64,000 nucleotides of DNA, from the IMG/VR virus record IMGVR_UViG_3300037083_000054, positions 1-64,000 of that record; one strand, 5' to 3'. The DNA is from a virus. The notes beneath the pieces were generated by a model. It made no database searches and had not been told where the DNA came from. It worked only from the letters and a program-made list of their open reading frames with translations. Every line of letters starts with the position of its first letter. Within the stretch, counting starts at the first letter, position 1. Below are positions 30,898-40,734 of the stretch, one piece after another. Made by a program: the position numbers and the translations under genes.

Positions 30898-31962
30898 ATG
30901 AAGAAGAAAGAAGCGAGCGAGCACGCAAGGGCCTTGTCGTCTCTTGGAGCGTCCAAAGGTGGAAAGGCAAGGATGGCGAGTCTGACAGAGGAGCAGCGCA
31001 AAGAAATCGCCTCGAATGCCGCTAAGGCTCGGTGGGGAGAAAAGCTGCCGGAAGTGACGCATGGCGATCCAGGGCATCCATTGAAGATCGGTGATATCGA
31101 AATTCCCTGTTACGTCCTGAATGATGGAACCCGTGTTTTGCATCAAAGAGGGATGGTTGATGCACTCGGAATGGCTCGCGGAAGCAGTGGAGGAATTGGC
31201 GGTGACCGACTGGCTAAATTTGTGGCTGGAGAACGATTGAAACCCTACGTTTCAGCCGATTTGCTAGCGGTGACCGAATCACCAATTAAATTCAAGGCTC
31301 CAAATGGCCATGTAGCCTATGGGTATGATGCGAATGTCCTTGCAGAACTGTGCGATGCCGTCATTGCCGCAAGGAATGCCGGAAAGCTGCAAAAGCAGCA
31401 AGCCCACATTGCAGAGCAGTGCGAAACTCTGAAGTCTGGGTTTGCCAGAGTCGGTATCATTGCGTTGGTCGATGAAGCGACCGGATATCAATATGACCGT
31501 GCCCGTACCGCATTGGCAGATATCCTAGAAGCGTTTCTGAAGGGAGCACTGGGTGCGTGGGCCAAGCGATTCGATGATGACTTCTACAAGGAATTGTGCC
31601 GCCTTCGAGATATCCCGTGGCCACCAATCAAAAATCTTCCATCGTATTTTGGCCATCTTGTTAACGATGTAGTCTATGACAGACTGGCTCCAGGATTGAA
31701 GTCTGAGCTTCAGGCGAGGAGCCCGAAGACTCCACGCGGCAATCGTAAGAACAAAATGCATCAGTGGCTGACGGACGATATCGGTCATCCAAAACTGAAA
31801 GAACATATCATCGCGGTAAAGGCATTAATGCGTTCTTGTGACGATTGGGAAGATTTTCATCGTCGGCTAGATAGGGCCTTTCCAAAATTCGATTTGTCAT
31901 CATTGGATTTACCGGAAAATGTCATCATGATTGAAGCCGAAAATAAGCCTGAAGACTCGTGA
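30898..31962 (+). CDS. P63C domain protein with N-terminal KGGKAR basic motif
   Basis: IPCYVLNDGTRVL, ARVGIIALVDEATGYQ, WAKRFDDDFY, VYDRLAPG, HQWLT.DIGHPKL. Confidence 0.88.
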   Translation: MKKKEASEHARALSSLGASKGGKARMASLTEEQRKEIASNAAKARWGEKLPEVTHGDPGHPLKIGDIEIPCYVLNDGTRVLHQRGMVDALGMARGSSGGIGGDRLAKFVAGERLKPYVSADLLAVTESPIKFKAPNGHVAYGYDANVLAELCDAVIAARNAGKLQKQQAHIAEQCETLKSGFARVGIIALVDEATGYQYDRARTALADILEAFLKGALGAWAKRFDDDFYKELCRLRDIPWPPIKNLPSYFGHLVNDVVYDRLAPGLKSELQARSPKTPRGNRKNKMHQWLTDDIGHPKLKEHIIAVKALMRSCDDWEDFHRRLDRAFPKFDLSSLDLPENVIMIEAENKPEDS

Positions 31963-31987
31963 TCGTTGCATTTCGGGAGAAAACTGA

Positions 31988-32632
31988 ATGGCATCAGTGC
32001 CTATTGTCTGTCCGCATTGCTCACGGTCATACAGAGTAGGCGACACGGCCATCGGAAGAAAAGTGTCCTGCATGAATAAGCAGTGCGGGAAGGCATTTGT
32101 CGCCACGACCTCAATCCGATCCGCTCAGTTTGATTTTGAAACGGCAAAAACAGAAACGCCAGTTGAGATCACGTTTAAGTCGATTGACGAGGAAAAAACC
32201 GAGAAGCAAGCACAAGAATTTGGATTGCCAAAATTTGTGCCTTCCGCTGCGGCACCGCCGCTATCTCCCCCGCCAGTGACACCAGCCTTTTCTTTTGTGG
32301 ATGATGATCGAGAGCCATCTCCGTCGCGTAGTACGAACTCTCGATATCCCAACTTGATGCTCAATCTCGAATGGCTGGAAAACGCCGCAAAACGTCAATT
32401 AATGATCGCAAGGATAATTGCTCTTTTACTAGCAGTTCTTTCAGTGATCGGCGCAATCGGCGTGATGGTTCAGGTAGGGGATTTCACTACCGGAATCGTT
32501 GGAATCGGTCTTTTCCCACCGCTCATCTTGTTTCTGATCATTTCTCCAGCATGGATTCTCTATGTTCTTATGATGGCGACAGTTGAATTCATTCGCGTCA
32601 TTATGGACATCGAAAGAAATACCAGAAAATAA
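31988..32632 (+). CDS. Tn-A cargo, Zn-ribbon membrane protein
   Basis: CPHC...CMNKQC N-terminus; two C-terminal TM helices ending DIERNT. Confidence 0.7.
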   Translation: MASVPIVCPHCSRSYRVGDTAIGRKVSCMNKQCGKAFVATTSIRSAQFDFETAKTETPVEITFKSIDEEKTEKQAQEFGLPKFVPSAAAPPLSPPPVTPAFSFVDDDREPSPSRSTNSRYPNLMLNLEWLENAAKRQLMIARIIALLLAVLSVIGAIGVMVQVGDFTTGIVGIGLFPPLILFLIISPAWILYVLMMATVEFIRVIMDIERNTRK

Positions 32633-33054
32633 TCAGACAATTCCGAAACGTCTTAATGCGTTTCAACTTGCGGAAATGCGTTGCGCCTGCCAATTGCGTT
32701 GCAAAGCCCGCTCGGGCAACAGTTTCATGATGCCTATTGGCAGCCCGATTCTCTCGGCAATCTTCCTCGTGGAATGTGTTGGTTCCGACCGTGGAGCGAG
32801 CAATCCAGCGGCACAAAATCGGCCTGCGAACGAGCGGCCCAAGATCTGATTCGCCCCTATCTGCGGAAGATTGCGGAACTGGAAAAACAGATTTCTTGTC
32901 AGAATCTGGCAGAAAATTTCGCGGAATAGTGAACTGAAACCGCATTTCGTGCGTTCTGTGAAGAAGAATGCGGGGAGTGGCTCGTCAGTAAAGAAGAGAA
33001 GTGTTCATGGAGAGTGTGTTGTTGCAATGAATGTGCTGATGAGGAAGGAGAATC

Positions 33055-33342
33055 ATGAGCGACAGTATTCCTGCGGCTGTTCCAAATCCGACGCTGGGCG
33101 AAGTTGCCTTCGTCGCAATAAAAACTCGTGATTATTCCGACTACGGCGACGCCAGCTACTGGTCTGAAAAATATCGAAACCACACTCACGCCAGAGCAAA
33201 ACTCGATTATGAGTTTCAGGCCCAAGCCGTCCGTTCTGCCGTGCTGAAGGAAGTGAGAGAGAAGCTGATTGCGTTCGAACACAATCGCTGTAACAAAGAA
33301 CTGAAAATGAGCGAACTTTTGCAGGAGCTTGGCGATGAGTGA
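33055..33342 (+). CDS. Small phage protein ((T/S)LG(Q/E) family)
   Basis: AAGGAG RBS; PTLGEVAF. Confidence 0.6.
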   Translation: MSDSIPAAVPNPTLGEVAFVAIKTRDYSDYGDASYWSEKYRNHTHARAKLDYEFQAQAVRSAVLKEVREKLIAFEHNRCNKELKMSELLQELGDE

Positions 33343-33862
33343 AAAAGACTTGATCGTCGATCGCAAAGAGGACATGTCGCCAGAAGGGAAGCTTCGCATT
33401 TTAATGCAGGACGACGGCGACATGATCGTCGAATGCCTTGAGTGGAACGATAGAACAAAGCTGATCGAGAGAACTGCGGCGGTTGAGTTTTGTACACATG
33501 CTGGCGGTGGTCGCAGTCCAAAAACACGCATGGCATTGTTGCAATTGGCTCATGCGATGGCTGAGGAGAATAAGGCTGATCCCGATAGTGCTGGTGACTG
33601 GCTTGGTGAAGCGTTTCTTGATTGGATATATGACGATGCAACAGCCCCACTTCACGCCAGAATCGCGGAGTTGGAGAAACGAAATTCAGAGATTGAAAAT
33701 CGGCTTGATGTTATTGGCTGTCGGATTGAAAAAGTTCGTGACCTAGCGGCGGAACAGCAAGGCTGGCGATGGGAAGCCGTGGCTAAGACGGTTAATGAGA
33801 TTGAACGAATTTACTGCGGCGAGTTGATTGATCCAGTTCTCGACGGAAAGGACGGTGGGTGA
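33335..33862 (+). CDS. Hypothetical phage protein
   Basis: VEFCT..GGGRSPKT motif; LHARIAELE tail shared with next gene. Confidence 0.6.
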   Translation: MSEKDLIVDRKEDMSPEGKLRILMQDDGDMIVECLEWNDRTKLIERTAAVEFCTHAGGGRSPKTRMALLQLAHAMAEENKADPDSAGDWLGEAFLDWIYDDATAPLHARIAELEKRNSEIENRLDVIGCRIEKVRDLAAEQQGWRWEAVAKTVNEIERIYCGELIDPVLDGKDGG

Positions 33863-34236
33863 TGAGTGAGAAATCCGACGGACAGGTAGCGTATGAAACA
33901 ATGTCAGCCGAATACCCGGAAGCACAGTTTGTTCCGTGGTTTCGATTGAGCATTGGGCAGCAGTCAGCATGGAACAAGGTCGTCATTGCGACAAATACAC
34001 ATCTTCACGCCAGAATCGCGGAACTCAACACGGACGTTTCCAATCTTGAAATGGCGGTTGATCATGCGGAAGCGATTGCCAAACAGGAGAAGAAAGAAGT
34101 GTTGTCGCTTCATGCCAGAATCGAGGAGTTGGGGACAGTTCTATGTTCCATCAAAACAGATTTGCACGGGAGTTGTACACCAGCGATGCGAGGAATAATC
34201 GACCGAGTTCTCGACGGAAAGGGTGGTGAAGTGTGA
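33859..34236 (+). CDS. Hypothetical phage protein
   Basis: Two LHARI(A/E)EL repeats; VLDGK.G C-terminus shared with previous gene. Confidence 0.6.
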   Translation: MMSEKSDGQVAYETMSAEYPEAQFVPWFRLSIGQQSAWNKVVIATNTHLHARIAELNTDVSNLEMAVDHAEAIAKQEKKEVLSLHARIEELGTVLCSIKTDLHGSCTPAMRGIIDRVLDGKGGEV

Positions 34237-34490
34237 GAGATCTTACCTACGACGATATCGAGGATGTGATTGAGTTGGTACGAGATAATGCTCCAGCCAG
34301 TCGTCAGCTTAATACGATCATCATTTTGGCATATCAGCGAGATGATCAAATTGCTGAGATCGTCCGACTTCGTGTCGCGTTGGAGAATATTCTATCTGTT
34401 ACCAAAAATAATCGACTATCTCTTGGTGAAGCGTTCAGTGAAATGTCAATTATTGCCAGCGAAGCTCTGTCGGGAAAGGGGGAGATGTAA
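34233..34490 (+). CDS. Hypothetical protein
   Basis: GTGA overlap coupling. Confidence 0.5.
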   Translation: MRDLTYDDIEDVIELVRDNAPASRQLNTIIILAYQRDDQIAEIVRLRVALENILSVTKNNRLSLGEAFSEMSIIASEALSGKGEM

Positions 34491-34668
34491 TGATGATAAA
34501 AATTCTGTTGAGTGAGGGTGAGGCAAATTTGATTTTAGAGGTTGCTAAATCTTGTAGTGTTCCTGACTTGTCAGTCCCAAAGTGTCGGATCGGCAATAGC
34601 GTAACGGCAGACTATTGGAGGGGGATTGCCGAGAAAATTGAGCATCTACTGAAGCGGGAGGGGAAGTA

Positions 34669-34980
34669 GTGAACGGAATTGATTTAATCAAGCAAGAACG
34701 TGGACGGCAGATATCAATCGAAGGTTACCGAGACGTACACGATGATATGCACGTCAGTGGTGAACTTGTACGAGCCGCAGAAGCATATTGTCATGCGATT
34801 GAATGGGTTGATGATCAGATAGTTGCGCGAACACTAAGGCCATCATTTCCATGGCCGTGGGAGAAGAAATGGTGGAAACCGTCAACCGACAATATTAAAA
34901 ACCTCACGAAAGCCGGGGCATTGATCGCGGCTGAAATCGACAGGCTTTTACGTCTTCAGGAAAGGAAGTCAGCGAAGTGA
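34669..34980 (+). CDS. Conserved phage protein (ERxRQ..EG...HDD family)
   Basis: ERGRQISIEGY..HDD.H..GEL..AA, WPW..KWWKP, KAGALIAAEIDRL. Confidence 0.75.
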   Translation: MNGIDLIKQERGRQISIEGYRDVHDDMHVSGELVRAAEAYCHAIEWVDDQIVARTLRPSFPWPWEKKWWKPSTDNIKNLTKAGALIAAEIDRLLRLQERKSAK

Positions 34981-35365
34981 AAACCATCGACGAAATGATC
35001 GCAGTGATGCAGGCCGCAAAATTAGAAAACGGCAAAAACATTCAAATCAGCGATAAGAGCGTTGAACGCTGGTCTGACTGCTACGGAATGCCCGGTTGGA
35101 ACTGGGGGGAATTCGACTACCGCATCGTCCCTCCCCCCCCCCAGTAGAGAAGTGGGTGCATTGGACGATTGAGGAGTGGGAACAAAAAATTCCAATCGCC
35201 GTTCGCCAAAAGAGCACGGGAATCCTTGCGACAGCTTGCGTTTCGGAGAGAGGCAAGATTTGCGTTATTGGTTTGGAGGGGCCGAATTGGAGGACTCTTG
35301 AGCAAGCCTTGAAAGAGTTGACGCTATTTGATGGCAGTCCTTGTGGGAAGTTGGTGACGGAATGA
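34977..35365 (+). pseudogene. Phage gene (WNW..FDYRI family) frameshifted at a C10 tract
   Basis: GTG 34977 frame reads ...PGWNWGEFDYRIVPPPP then stops; the -1 frame continues PVEKWVHWT... to 35365. Confidence 0.55.
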
Positions 35366-36314
35366 TTAGTATTAAGCCTGCGACAGTTAATATGCCTCCA
35401 CGAATTGCTTTGTGCAGACGGTGCGGAAAGCCTTTATGTCGTAGTTCATGTCGTGGAGAAGTCTGTCCAAAGTGCCTGAAGATAAAGTGAAAGACAAATG
35501 ACTCTATCCCCATCCCAACTAGAAGCAGCGGCAAGAGAGTTGTGTAGGCTGAGAGGGAACGAGACGGACGATGAACAGCAGATGTTCCTGAATATCAGGT
35601 GGGCCATTCGAGAAATCAATTTAGCGTTATCAATTGACCCAGACATCCTCGCAGCCATCGAACACGGAAGGAAATCAAAACGACAACGTCAACAGTGATC
35701 ATGGTGAAATGTGACGGTCCTGATTGTCTGCGAAAACACACGGTGGAGACTGGCAGCACGAATCGCTCGGCTGTCGTTGGAAATCGAACTTGGGCGGACA
35801 CAGATGAATGTTCGAAGATAGTCCCGCATTTGCAGGCATTCGTTAATAGAGGGGAGTTGGGGGAATGAATTTTAAGGTAACGCGAACTACTGGGGACATT
35901 GGCAATATCGGAGAAGTTCTCATTGAGGACTGGAAGAACGATCTGCAATGGCAAGGAAAGATCGTGGAGAGTCGGAGCACTCCATGACGATTCTTCGCGG
36001 CTCAGAACGAATATGTCTGCATTAACGCAGGCGTCGTACCGGACTGGGGACTTCAGGGCGATCTGAACGAGGCCGTTCAGGATTTTATTTCCAAGGAAGT
36101 CTGCGTCGAATGTAAAGGGCCAACCAATTTGTCTGGCGATGACTGCCCCTTGAACGACGACAGTAAGGCACTCTGCATTGAATGCTTCAATAAGATGTCG
36201 ACATAACCGGCGGAGACCGGTCGTACAATCAGATTGTTTTCTCGAAATCAATCTGTGATAATAATTTGCACAAATTGACTCCCAACGAACCGCAAGATCA
36301 AGGATGGTTTTGAA

Positions 36315-36941
36315 ATGGCAGGAAAGCCAAGGCGGGCAAAGCCTTACAACGCGAAGCCCAAGAGTCAACAGAAGCCGTGGGAGCCGACCGCGACCCAGCA
36401 AGAGTGGTATCGCAAGTGGGTCATCGAGGGGTGGGGTCCATTGCAGATTGCCCAGAACGAGAACCCGCCGGTGCATGCTCAGAACGTCTGCACGATGCTG
36501 TGGAAGATCGACAAATGGATGCGAGCGATGACACAGGATCAATTGGCGTCCTATCGGCATCGGCAGGTCCAGCAGTGCGAGATGGTGATGGCGGAAGCAT
36601 TGGCGTCATGGCGGAAGTCCCATGGGAAGATCATTAAAATCACAACGATGGACAATGATAACGGAATATCGACAAAAGAGACAGTCGAGATGAGCCATGG
36701 GAATCCAGCCTATCTCATGGTTTACCTTGCGGCCCAGAAAGCGATTGCGAATATCCTCGGCCTCGAAGCGGCCAAGCAGTCGGAAATGAAGATCCTGCAT
36801 GCGGAAGAAATCGAGGGATTGCCAGGAATGCAAGGATATGCGAATCGGTCAGAAGCATTGCTGGCTCAAGCGGATGCCATTCGGACACTCGCTTTGACAT
36901 ATCAGCCGACCGAGGACGAGGCCATTCGGACGCTCGATTAA
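36315..36941 (+). CDS. Terminase small subunit-like / HTH DNA-packaging protein
   Basis: N-terminal HTH-like GWGPLQIAQ, GNPAYL...IANILGLEA. Confidence 0.55.
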   Translation: MAGKPRRAKPYNAKPKSQQKPWEPTATQQEWYRKWVIEGWGPLQIAQNENPPVHAQNVCTMLWKIDKWMRAMTQDQLASYRHRQVQQCEMVMAEALASWRKSHGKIIKITTMDNDNGISTKETVEMSHGNPAYLMVYLAAQKAIANILGLEAAKQSEMKILHAEEIEGLPGMQGYANRSEALLAQADAIRTLALTYQPTEDEAIRTLD

Positions 36942-36958
36942 ATAAGCGGCTTATTTAT
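36938..36958. promoter_or_regulatory. Palindromic operator copy 3
   Basis: TTAAATAAG-CGG-CTTATTTAT. Confidence 0.75.
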
Positions 36959-37015
36959 TTCAGTCTATTTTTCTCGATGTTTTTGAAAAGTGAGGAAGAA
37001 ATCTGGAGATTTGCC

Positions 37016-37043
37016 TTGACGCTGTCGATATCATTATTATGAT
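37016..37043 (+). promoter_or_regulatory. Sigma70-type promoter
   Basis: TTGACG-N16-TATGAT upstream of the 37098 gene. Confidence 0.55.
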
Positions 37044-37097
37044 ATAGTGAGTATTGGCCATCCATTCGAGAACAATTCAGACGCGGAGTGAAAACCC

Positions 37098-37490
37098 ATG
37101 CAAACTGAAACAATGACTCTTCCTGAAACTGTGAGCATTCCAGAACAGAATTTATTCCGCTTGCAGGAAGCGATTGCGAAGCTTCAGCGGCGTGCGGAGA
37201 CTCGGAAAGTTCTCGTCTATCGATTTCATGCCGAGAATGTGAGACCGGTAGCTTTGGAAGCGTCAGTGCGGATTGTCTTATCTCATATTCATAGGTATGG
37301 CGGCAAAGTGATTGCTGCTCAACTCGTCATCGAGATTGATCGAATCCGGAACCGATTTGAAGTGACAGCCTATTACGAAGGCGATATTCCTCCCATCAAT
37401 CGGCAGCGGGTCGAATCTTACATGAATCCAAAATCATGGGGCCAGTCGTGGTCGACTGAGGAGTTGAGAAATCAACGGCGACCTGTTTGA
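37098..37490 (+). CDS. Hypothetical protein
   Basis: GGAG RBS, own promoter. Confidence 0.6.
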   Translation: MQTETMTLPETVSIPEQNLFRLQEAIAKLQRRAETRKVLVYRFHAENVRPVALEASVRIVLSHIHRYGGKVIAAQLVIEIDRIRNRFEVTAYYEGDIPPINRQRVESYMNPKSWGQSWSTEELRNQRRPV

Positions 37491-38344
37491 CGCAGTTTCA
37501 GGTTACTCCGGTTCTCCCATCCGGGAATATTCGATCGTCCGCCCGATCTGACTTTTCGTTCTGGAAGCGATGATCTCTGGCCGTTGAGCGTGCGGGGAAT
37601 GAAGAACTCGCCCTGGAGACCGCGTTTCAAACCGGCGAGTCTTGGAACTGCTGGCAAATCACCGATATCAATGATTGCGACATTTGTTTGATGGCCCGAA
37701 ACAGTATGGCGAATCCGGAAATTATCCCAAACGAATTTTCCGGCAGACGCTGCATGTTTGAATTCCGTGAAGAGGGAATACGAAACTGGCCAATATTTGT
37801 AAGAAGCGCCCGGACCTGCTCGATGCTTCGAATCTCCCGCAAGAAATCGAACGACGATTGCCCCGGTTCCGCTTGTGTCGCCATTCGTCGGGAACAGAAA
37901 CGCAATTGAAAATACATTAGATGAGCCATTCACCAGAATCGGCCCTTCCATGACCGGTTCTGTGTTGCGATGCCCCAATCGGTAATCGTCATCGTCTGGC
38001 GGCTGATTCGTTCTGACTTGATAATGCGGTCGTGCGGAAGGGATGTTCAATCCGCTATTTCCCGCAGCTTGCGGCAGTTCCAATTCATTCATCAATTGTT
38101 GAGCAGCTTCAATCTCCGCTCGCGAGAGTGAAGAGGACTGCTTACTGAACGGTTTGAAGAGTGCCGCAAGCAATTGGCCAGTCGCTCCGAGGCTTTTCTC
38201 GCCAGCGGTCGAAATTTGCTTGCTAAGCCATTGGCGAAGGCCCCCGGTCGTTTTCCCCGCCGATCCCGCTTTGGCTTGAATCTCGGCGGCAATTTGGTCC
38301 TGCTTGCGTTTGTTATTGAATGAGGGGAATAGGGGACTAGCCAC
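37472..38344 (-). CDS. KTSC-like domain protein
   Basis: SSNVFSIAF...VRFL...YKYWPV...F.EFKHAASAGKFVW. Confidence 0.65.
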   Translation of the reverse strand: MASPLFPSFNNKRKQDQIAAEIQAKAGSAGKTTGGLRQWLSKQISTAGEKSLGATGQLLAALFKPFSKQSSSLSRAEIEAAQQLMNELELPQAAGNSGLNIPSARPHYQVRTNQPPDDDDYRLGHRNTEPVMEGPILVNGSSNVFSIAFLFPTNGDTSGTGAIVVRFLAGDSKHRAGPGASYKYWPVSYSLFTEFKHAASAGKFVWDNFRIRHTVSGHQTNVAIIDIGDLPAVPRLAGLKRGLQGEFFIPRTLNGQRSSLPERKVRSGGRSNIPGWENRSNLKLRQTGRR

Positions 38345-38588
38345 TGAGAGACTCCTTCCGAGGCGTTTCGGCTTTCCAAATTAGAGTCTTTTTGCCATCT
38401 TCGACAACGGCGATGAATCCGCCGGTCGATTGTGGTGTCAAAAGCTCATAGATCCGCGTGAGTAGCAATTCATCGGAGAACGAATCGGCACGCAACAGGA
38501 TTCTCTGGACCCGCTTTGTTTGCTTCGCTGTTTCGCCGGTCAATCGCATGATGCCGCATTGTCATGTTTTTGCGGCATCCGGTCCAGA

Positions 38589-39269
38589 TCAAAGGCTCTG
38601 CGGGAACTCCGCAATCCGACTTTCCCACTGCTTATAGAACTCGCTTCGGAGCCGACCGTTTTTGTCGCAGAAGTCCCAGAGTTCTCGCGAGAAATAGATG
38701 CCTGTCGGGATTGTTTCGCCTTGATGATATTCGCCGCTCTGTGGGAATTCAGAGCGACGACTGGACCAGAGCCGATAAAACACAATCCCGCATCGGCTAT
38801 TGTCCCGATCGCGGCAAAAGTCCTCCAGGTCGCTCGACCAATAAACGCCGTGTGGAATCGGATCTTTCTCGCTTTTAATAAAATCAGTCGCCGATTTCTC
38901 TGGTGGATTCGCGAGCGTCATTCCGGGCGGCAGAAGGATCGCTTTCAGTCCCGCAGATTCGAATTCTTTCCTGATGAATGCATCCTTGTGCTGATTGCCC
39001 CATGCAGTTTGGTCGCATTGGATAATGATGAACTGTTGATTGTTCGTCGTTTGAGGAAGCAGAATGGGATTGCCCATTGAACCGCTGTTCTTGGCGATCA
39101 CTTCCCGCAGAAGTTCAATGGCCTCTGATGTTGGCTTGGCAAACAAGCATTTCTTCTCCGCTGCTGCCTGATGGTAAGCATTGTGAATGTCGACTTGTGA
39201 TTGTGCTTGTCGAAAAAGACGATCTATGGTTGCATCGTCGAATTCATCGGGCAACAGATTGTCTGTCAT
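38589..39269 (-). CDS. Hypothetical protein
   Basis: Part of a coupled - strand run. Confidence 0.55.
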   Translation of the reverse strand: MTDNLLPDEFDDATIDRLFRQAQSQVDIHNAYHQAAAEKKCLFAKPTSEAIELLREVIAKNSGSMGNPILLPQTTNNQQFIIIQCDQTAWGNQHKDAFIRKEFESAGLKAILLPPGMTLANPPEKSATDFIKSEKDPIPHGVYWSSDLEDFCRDRDNSRCGIVFYRLWSSRRSEFPQSGEYHQGETIPTGIYFSRELWDFCDKNGRLRSEFYKQWESRIAEFPQSL

Positions 39270-39577
39270 AGTTCATCGAATTCCTTTCTCAATGCGGCAA
39301 TCTCGGCATCGCAAATGGCCAGCAACTTCAATTTGATCTCACTCATCAATTCTGAGACGACGATTGCTGAGGCGGAAAATTGATAGCCTATTGGAGTGTA
39401 TGGGCCATCCTCGGAATACTGAATTCTGCCGCCAATGTCATTGAATCCATGCGTGATTTGAAAGACACGACTTTTCTCGACCGATTGTCGAACAACAATC
39501 GCTCGACCAATTTGATGCTGAAGTGCATGGCCTCGATCAATCCGAGCGGCTTGACTGATCAGTTCTTCCGATTTCAT
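39266..39577 (-). CDS. Hypothetical protein
   Basis: Coupled - strand run; GAGG RBS. Confidence 0.5.
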   Translation of the reverse strand: MKSEELISQAARIDRGHALQHQIGRAIVVRQSVEKSRVFQITHGFNDIGGRIQYSEDGPYTPIGYQFSASAIVVSELMSEIKLKLLAICDAEIAALRKEFDEL

Positions 39578-39927
39578 GATTGCTTCCTCGCCCATTCAAG
39601 ACATTGGATCATTCGGTCAATATAACGCAAATGTGACACCAGTTTCGGAGAGGCTTTGCCGAATTCAGTCTCGTACTTCCGAGCGGCCTCGGCAATCTGT
39701 TCAGGTTCCAAGCAGGATGATTTCCAGTAGGCAATCTGATATTCATGCAAGCATTTCGTGATACCAGCAAACTGGTTGAAGAACTCGACTTCATAAGCAC
39801 CAGTCTGGTAGCAGTGGACGATCACTCCTGCCGTTCCCGCCGGGATCGTTCGATATTCGGTGCCGATTCCATTTCCGACAGTGAAGTCTCTGGTTGTGAC
39901 GATGCAATCGTGTTCTTCGAATCTCAT
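39574..39927 (-). CDS. DUF4926-like protein
   Basis: FEEHDCIV...IPAGTAGVIVHCY..GAYEVEF; start re-picked at 39927. Confidence 0.65.
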   Translation of the reverse strand: MRFEEHDCIVTTRDFTVGNGIGTEYRTIPAGTAGVIVHCYQTGAYEVEFFNQFAGITKCLHEYQIAYWKSSCLEPEQIAEAARKYETEFGKASPKLVSHLRYIDRMIQCLEWARKQS

Positions 39928-40181
39928 CTGACAATCCTCGCCATCGACTTCAATCGTTTCTTCCAGTATTCCGGATCGTCTTCCATATGCTCCAAAAGAC
40001 GATTCAGGCATCCTCGCCGCACTTCTCCATCTATCCCTGCGTCTTCGACATCCTCGATGGTTTCGAGTTTCACCCCGAGCATTGCTGCAAACAATGGTTG
40101 CGACCATCCAAGCTTCTCTCGGACTTGCTTGACTCCGAGTCCATTATAAATCGGAGGTTCGTCGATGATGGGATCAGTCAT
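39924..40181 (-). CDS. XRE-family HTH protein
   Basis: VKQVREKLGWSQPLFAAMLGVKLETIEDVE. Confidence 0.75.
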   Translation of the reverse strand: MTDPIIDEPPIYNGLGVKQVREKLGWSQPLFAAMLGVKLETIEDVEDAGIDGEVRRGCLNRLLEHMEDDPEYWKKRLKSMARIVR

Positions 40182-40734
40182 GATTTTGAGCCATTGTATG
40201 ATGGTCCACGGCCTCAAATGTCTTCGTCGCCATCTTCGCGGCCACTTCGTCATAGCTCACGGGATAGAAGTCCCATGGATCGACACCGACATCAAATGAG
40301 CGATGATTCAGTTCGGGAAGCGATCCATGCGAATGAGCATGGAGGCTCCAAGACCCATAATGCATGCAATTCCAAGTTCTCAGAGCATAATGAAACAAGT
40401 AAATCTTCTGCGTGCCGACTTTCAATCCAAAATAATCCTTGATCCAAACAAACCGATCGACGCACAGCTTATGCTCTGCAACGCTCTCATGGTTCCCTCG
40501 GATCAAATAAATCTGGCCGTTGAGTCGATTCAGAATCTTCCGGGCTTCAGAAGGCGTTCCGAGTGCGACGTCGCCGAGATGGTAAACCCGGTCGGATTTG
40601 CTGATTCGTTCGTTCCATCTCTCGATGATCGTCTCGTTCATTTCTTCCAATGACGAGAAGTGATTATTGCGGAAGAGTTCTTGGCACTTCCGATGATTGA
40701 AATGCGTGTCGGCGGTGAAGAAGACGTTGTTCAT
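40174..40734 (-). CDS. Calcineurin-like metallophosphoesterase
   Basis: FTADTHFNH, YHLGDV, IRGNH, LHAHSHG, DVGVD. Confidence 0.9.
   Translation of the reverse strand: MNNVFFTADTHFNHRKCQELFRNNHFSSLEEMNETIIERWNERISKSDRVYHLGDVALGTPSEARKILNRLNGQIYLIRGNHESVAEHKLCVDRFVWIKDYFGLKVGTQKIYLFHYALRTWNCMHYGSWSLHAHSHGSLPELNHRSFDVGVDPWDFYPVSYDEVAAKMATKTFEAVDHHTMAQNHD

Larger units (their letters stand above)
28301..32708. mobile_element. Tn-A: 4408-bp cargo-carrying transposon with SWIM-DDE transposase
   Basis: Perfect 20-bp TIR GGCTTTGCAACGCAATTGGC (28301-28320 / 32689-32708); 9-bp TSD CGCTCGGGC (28292-28300, 32709-32717). Confidence 0.93.
28276..32929 (+). pseudogene. Phage gene MDGERTLG|QQFHDAYW... split by Tn-A (28276-28300 joined to 32718-32929)
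   Basis: Removing Tn-A and one TSD copy restores an in-frame ORF of the (T/S)LGQ family. Confidence 0.8.

Noticed and set aside
36333-36343. GCAAAGCC match as another transposon end
   Set aside because: Short match inside an intact ORF, with no subterminal repeats or partner; similar chance hits near 26259 and 39652.
35616-36560. 314-aa minus-strand ORF
   Set aside because: Overlaps the terS-like gene and small + strand genes; no recognisable motif, although a shorter gene within 35.87-36.2 kb cannot be excluded.
39574-40181. Toxin-antitoxin pair (XRE HTH plus DUF4926)
   Set aside because: No recognisable toxin next to the HTH gene.
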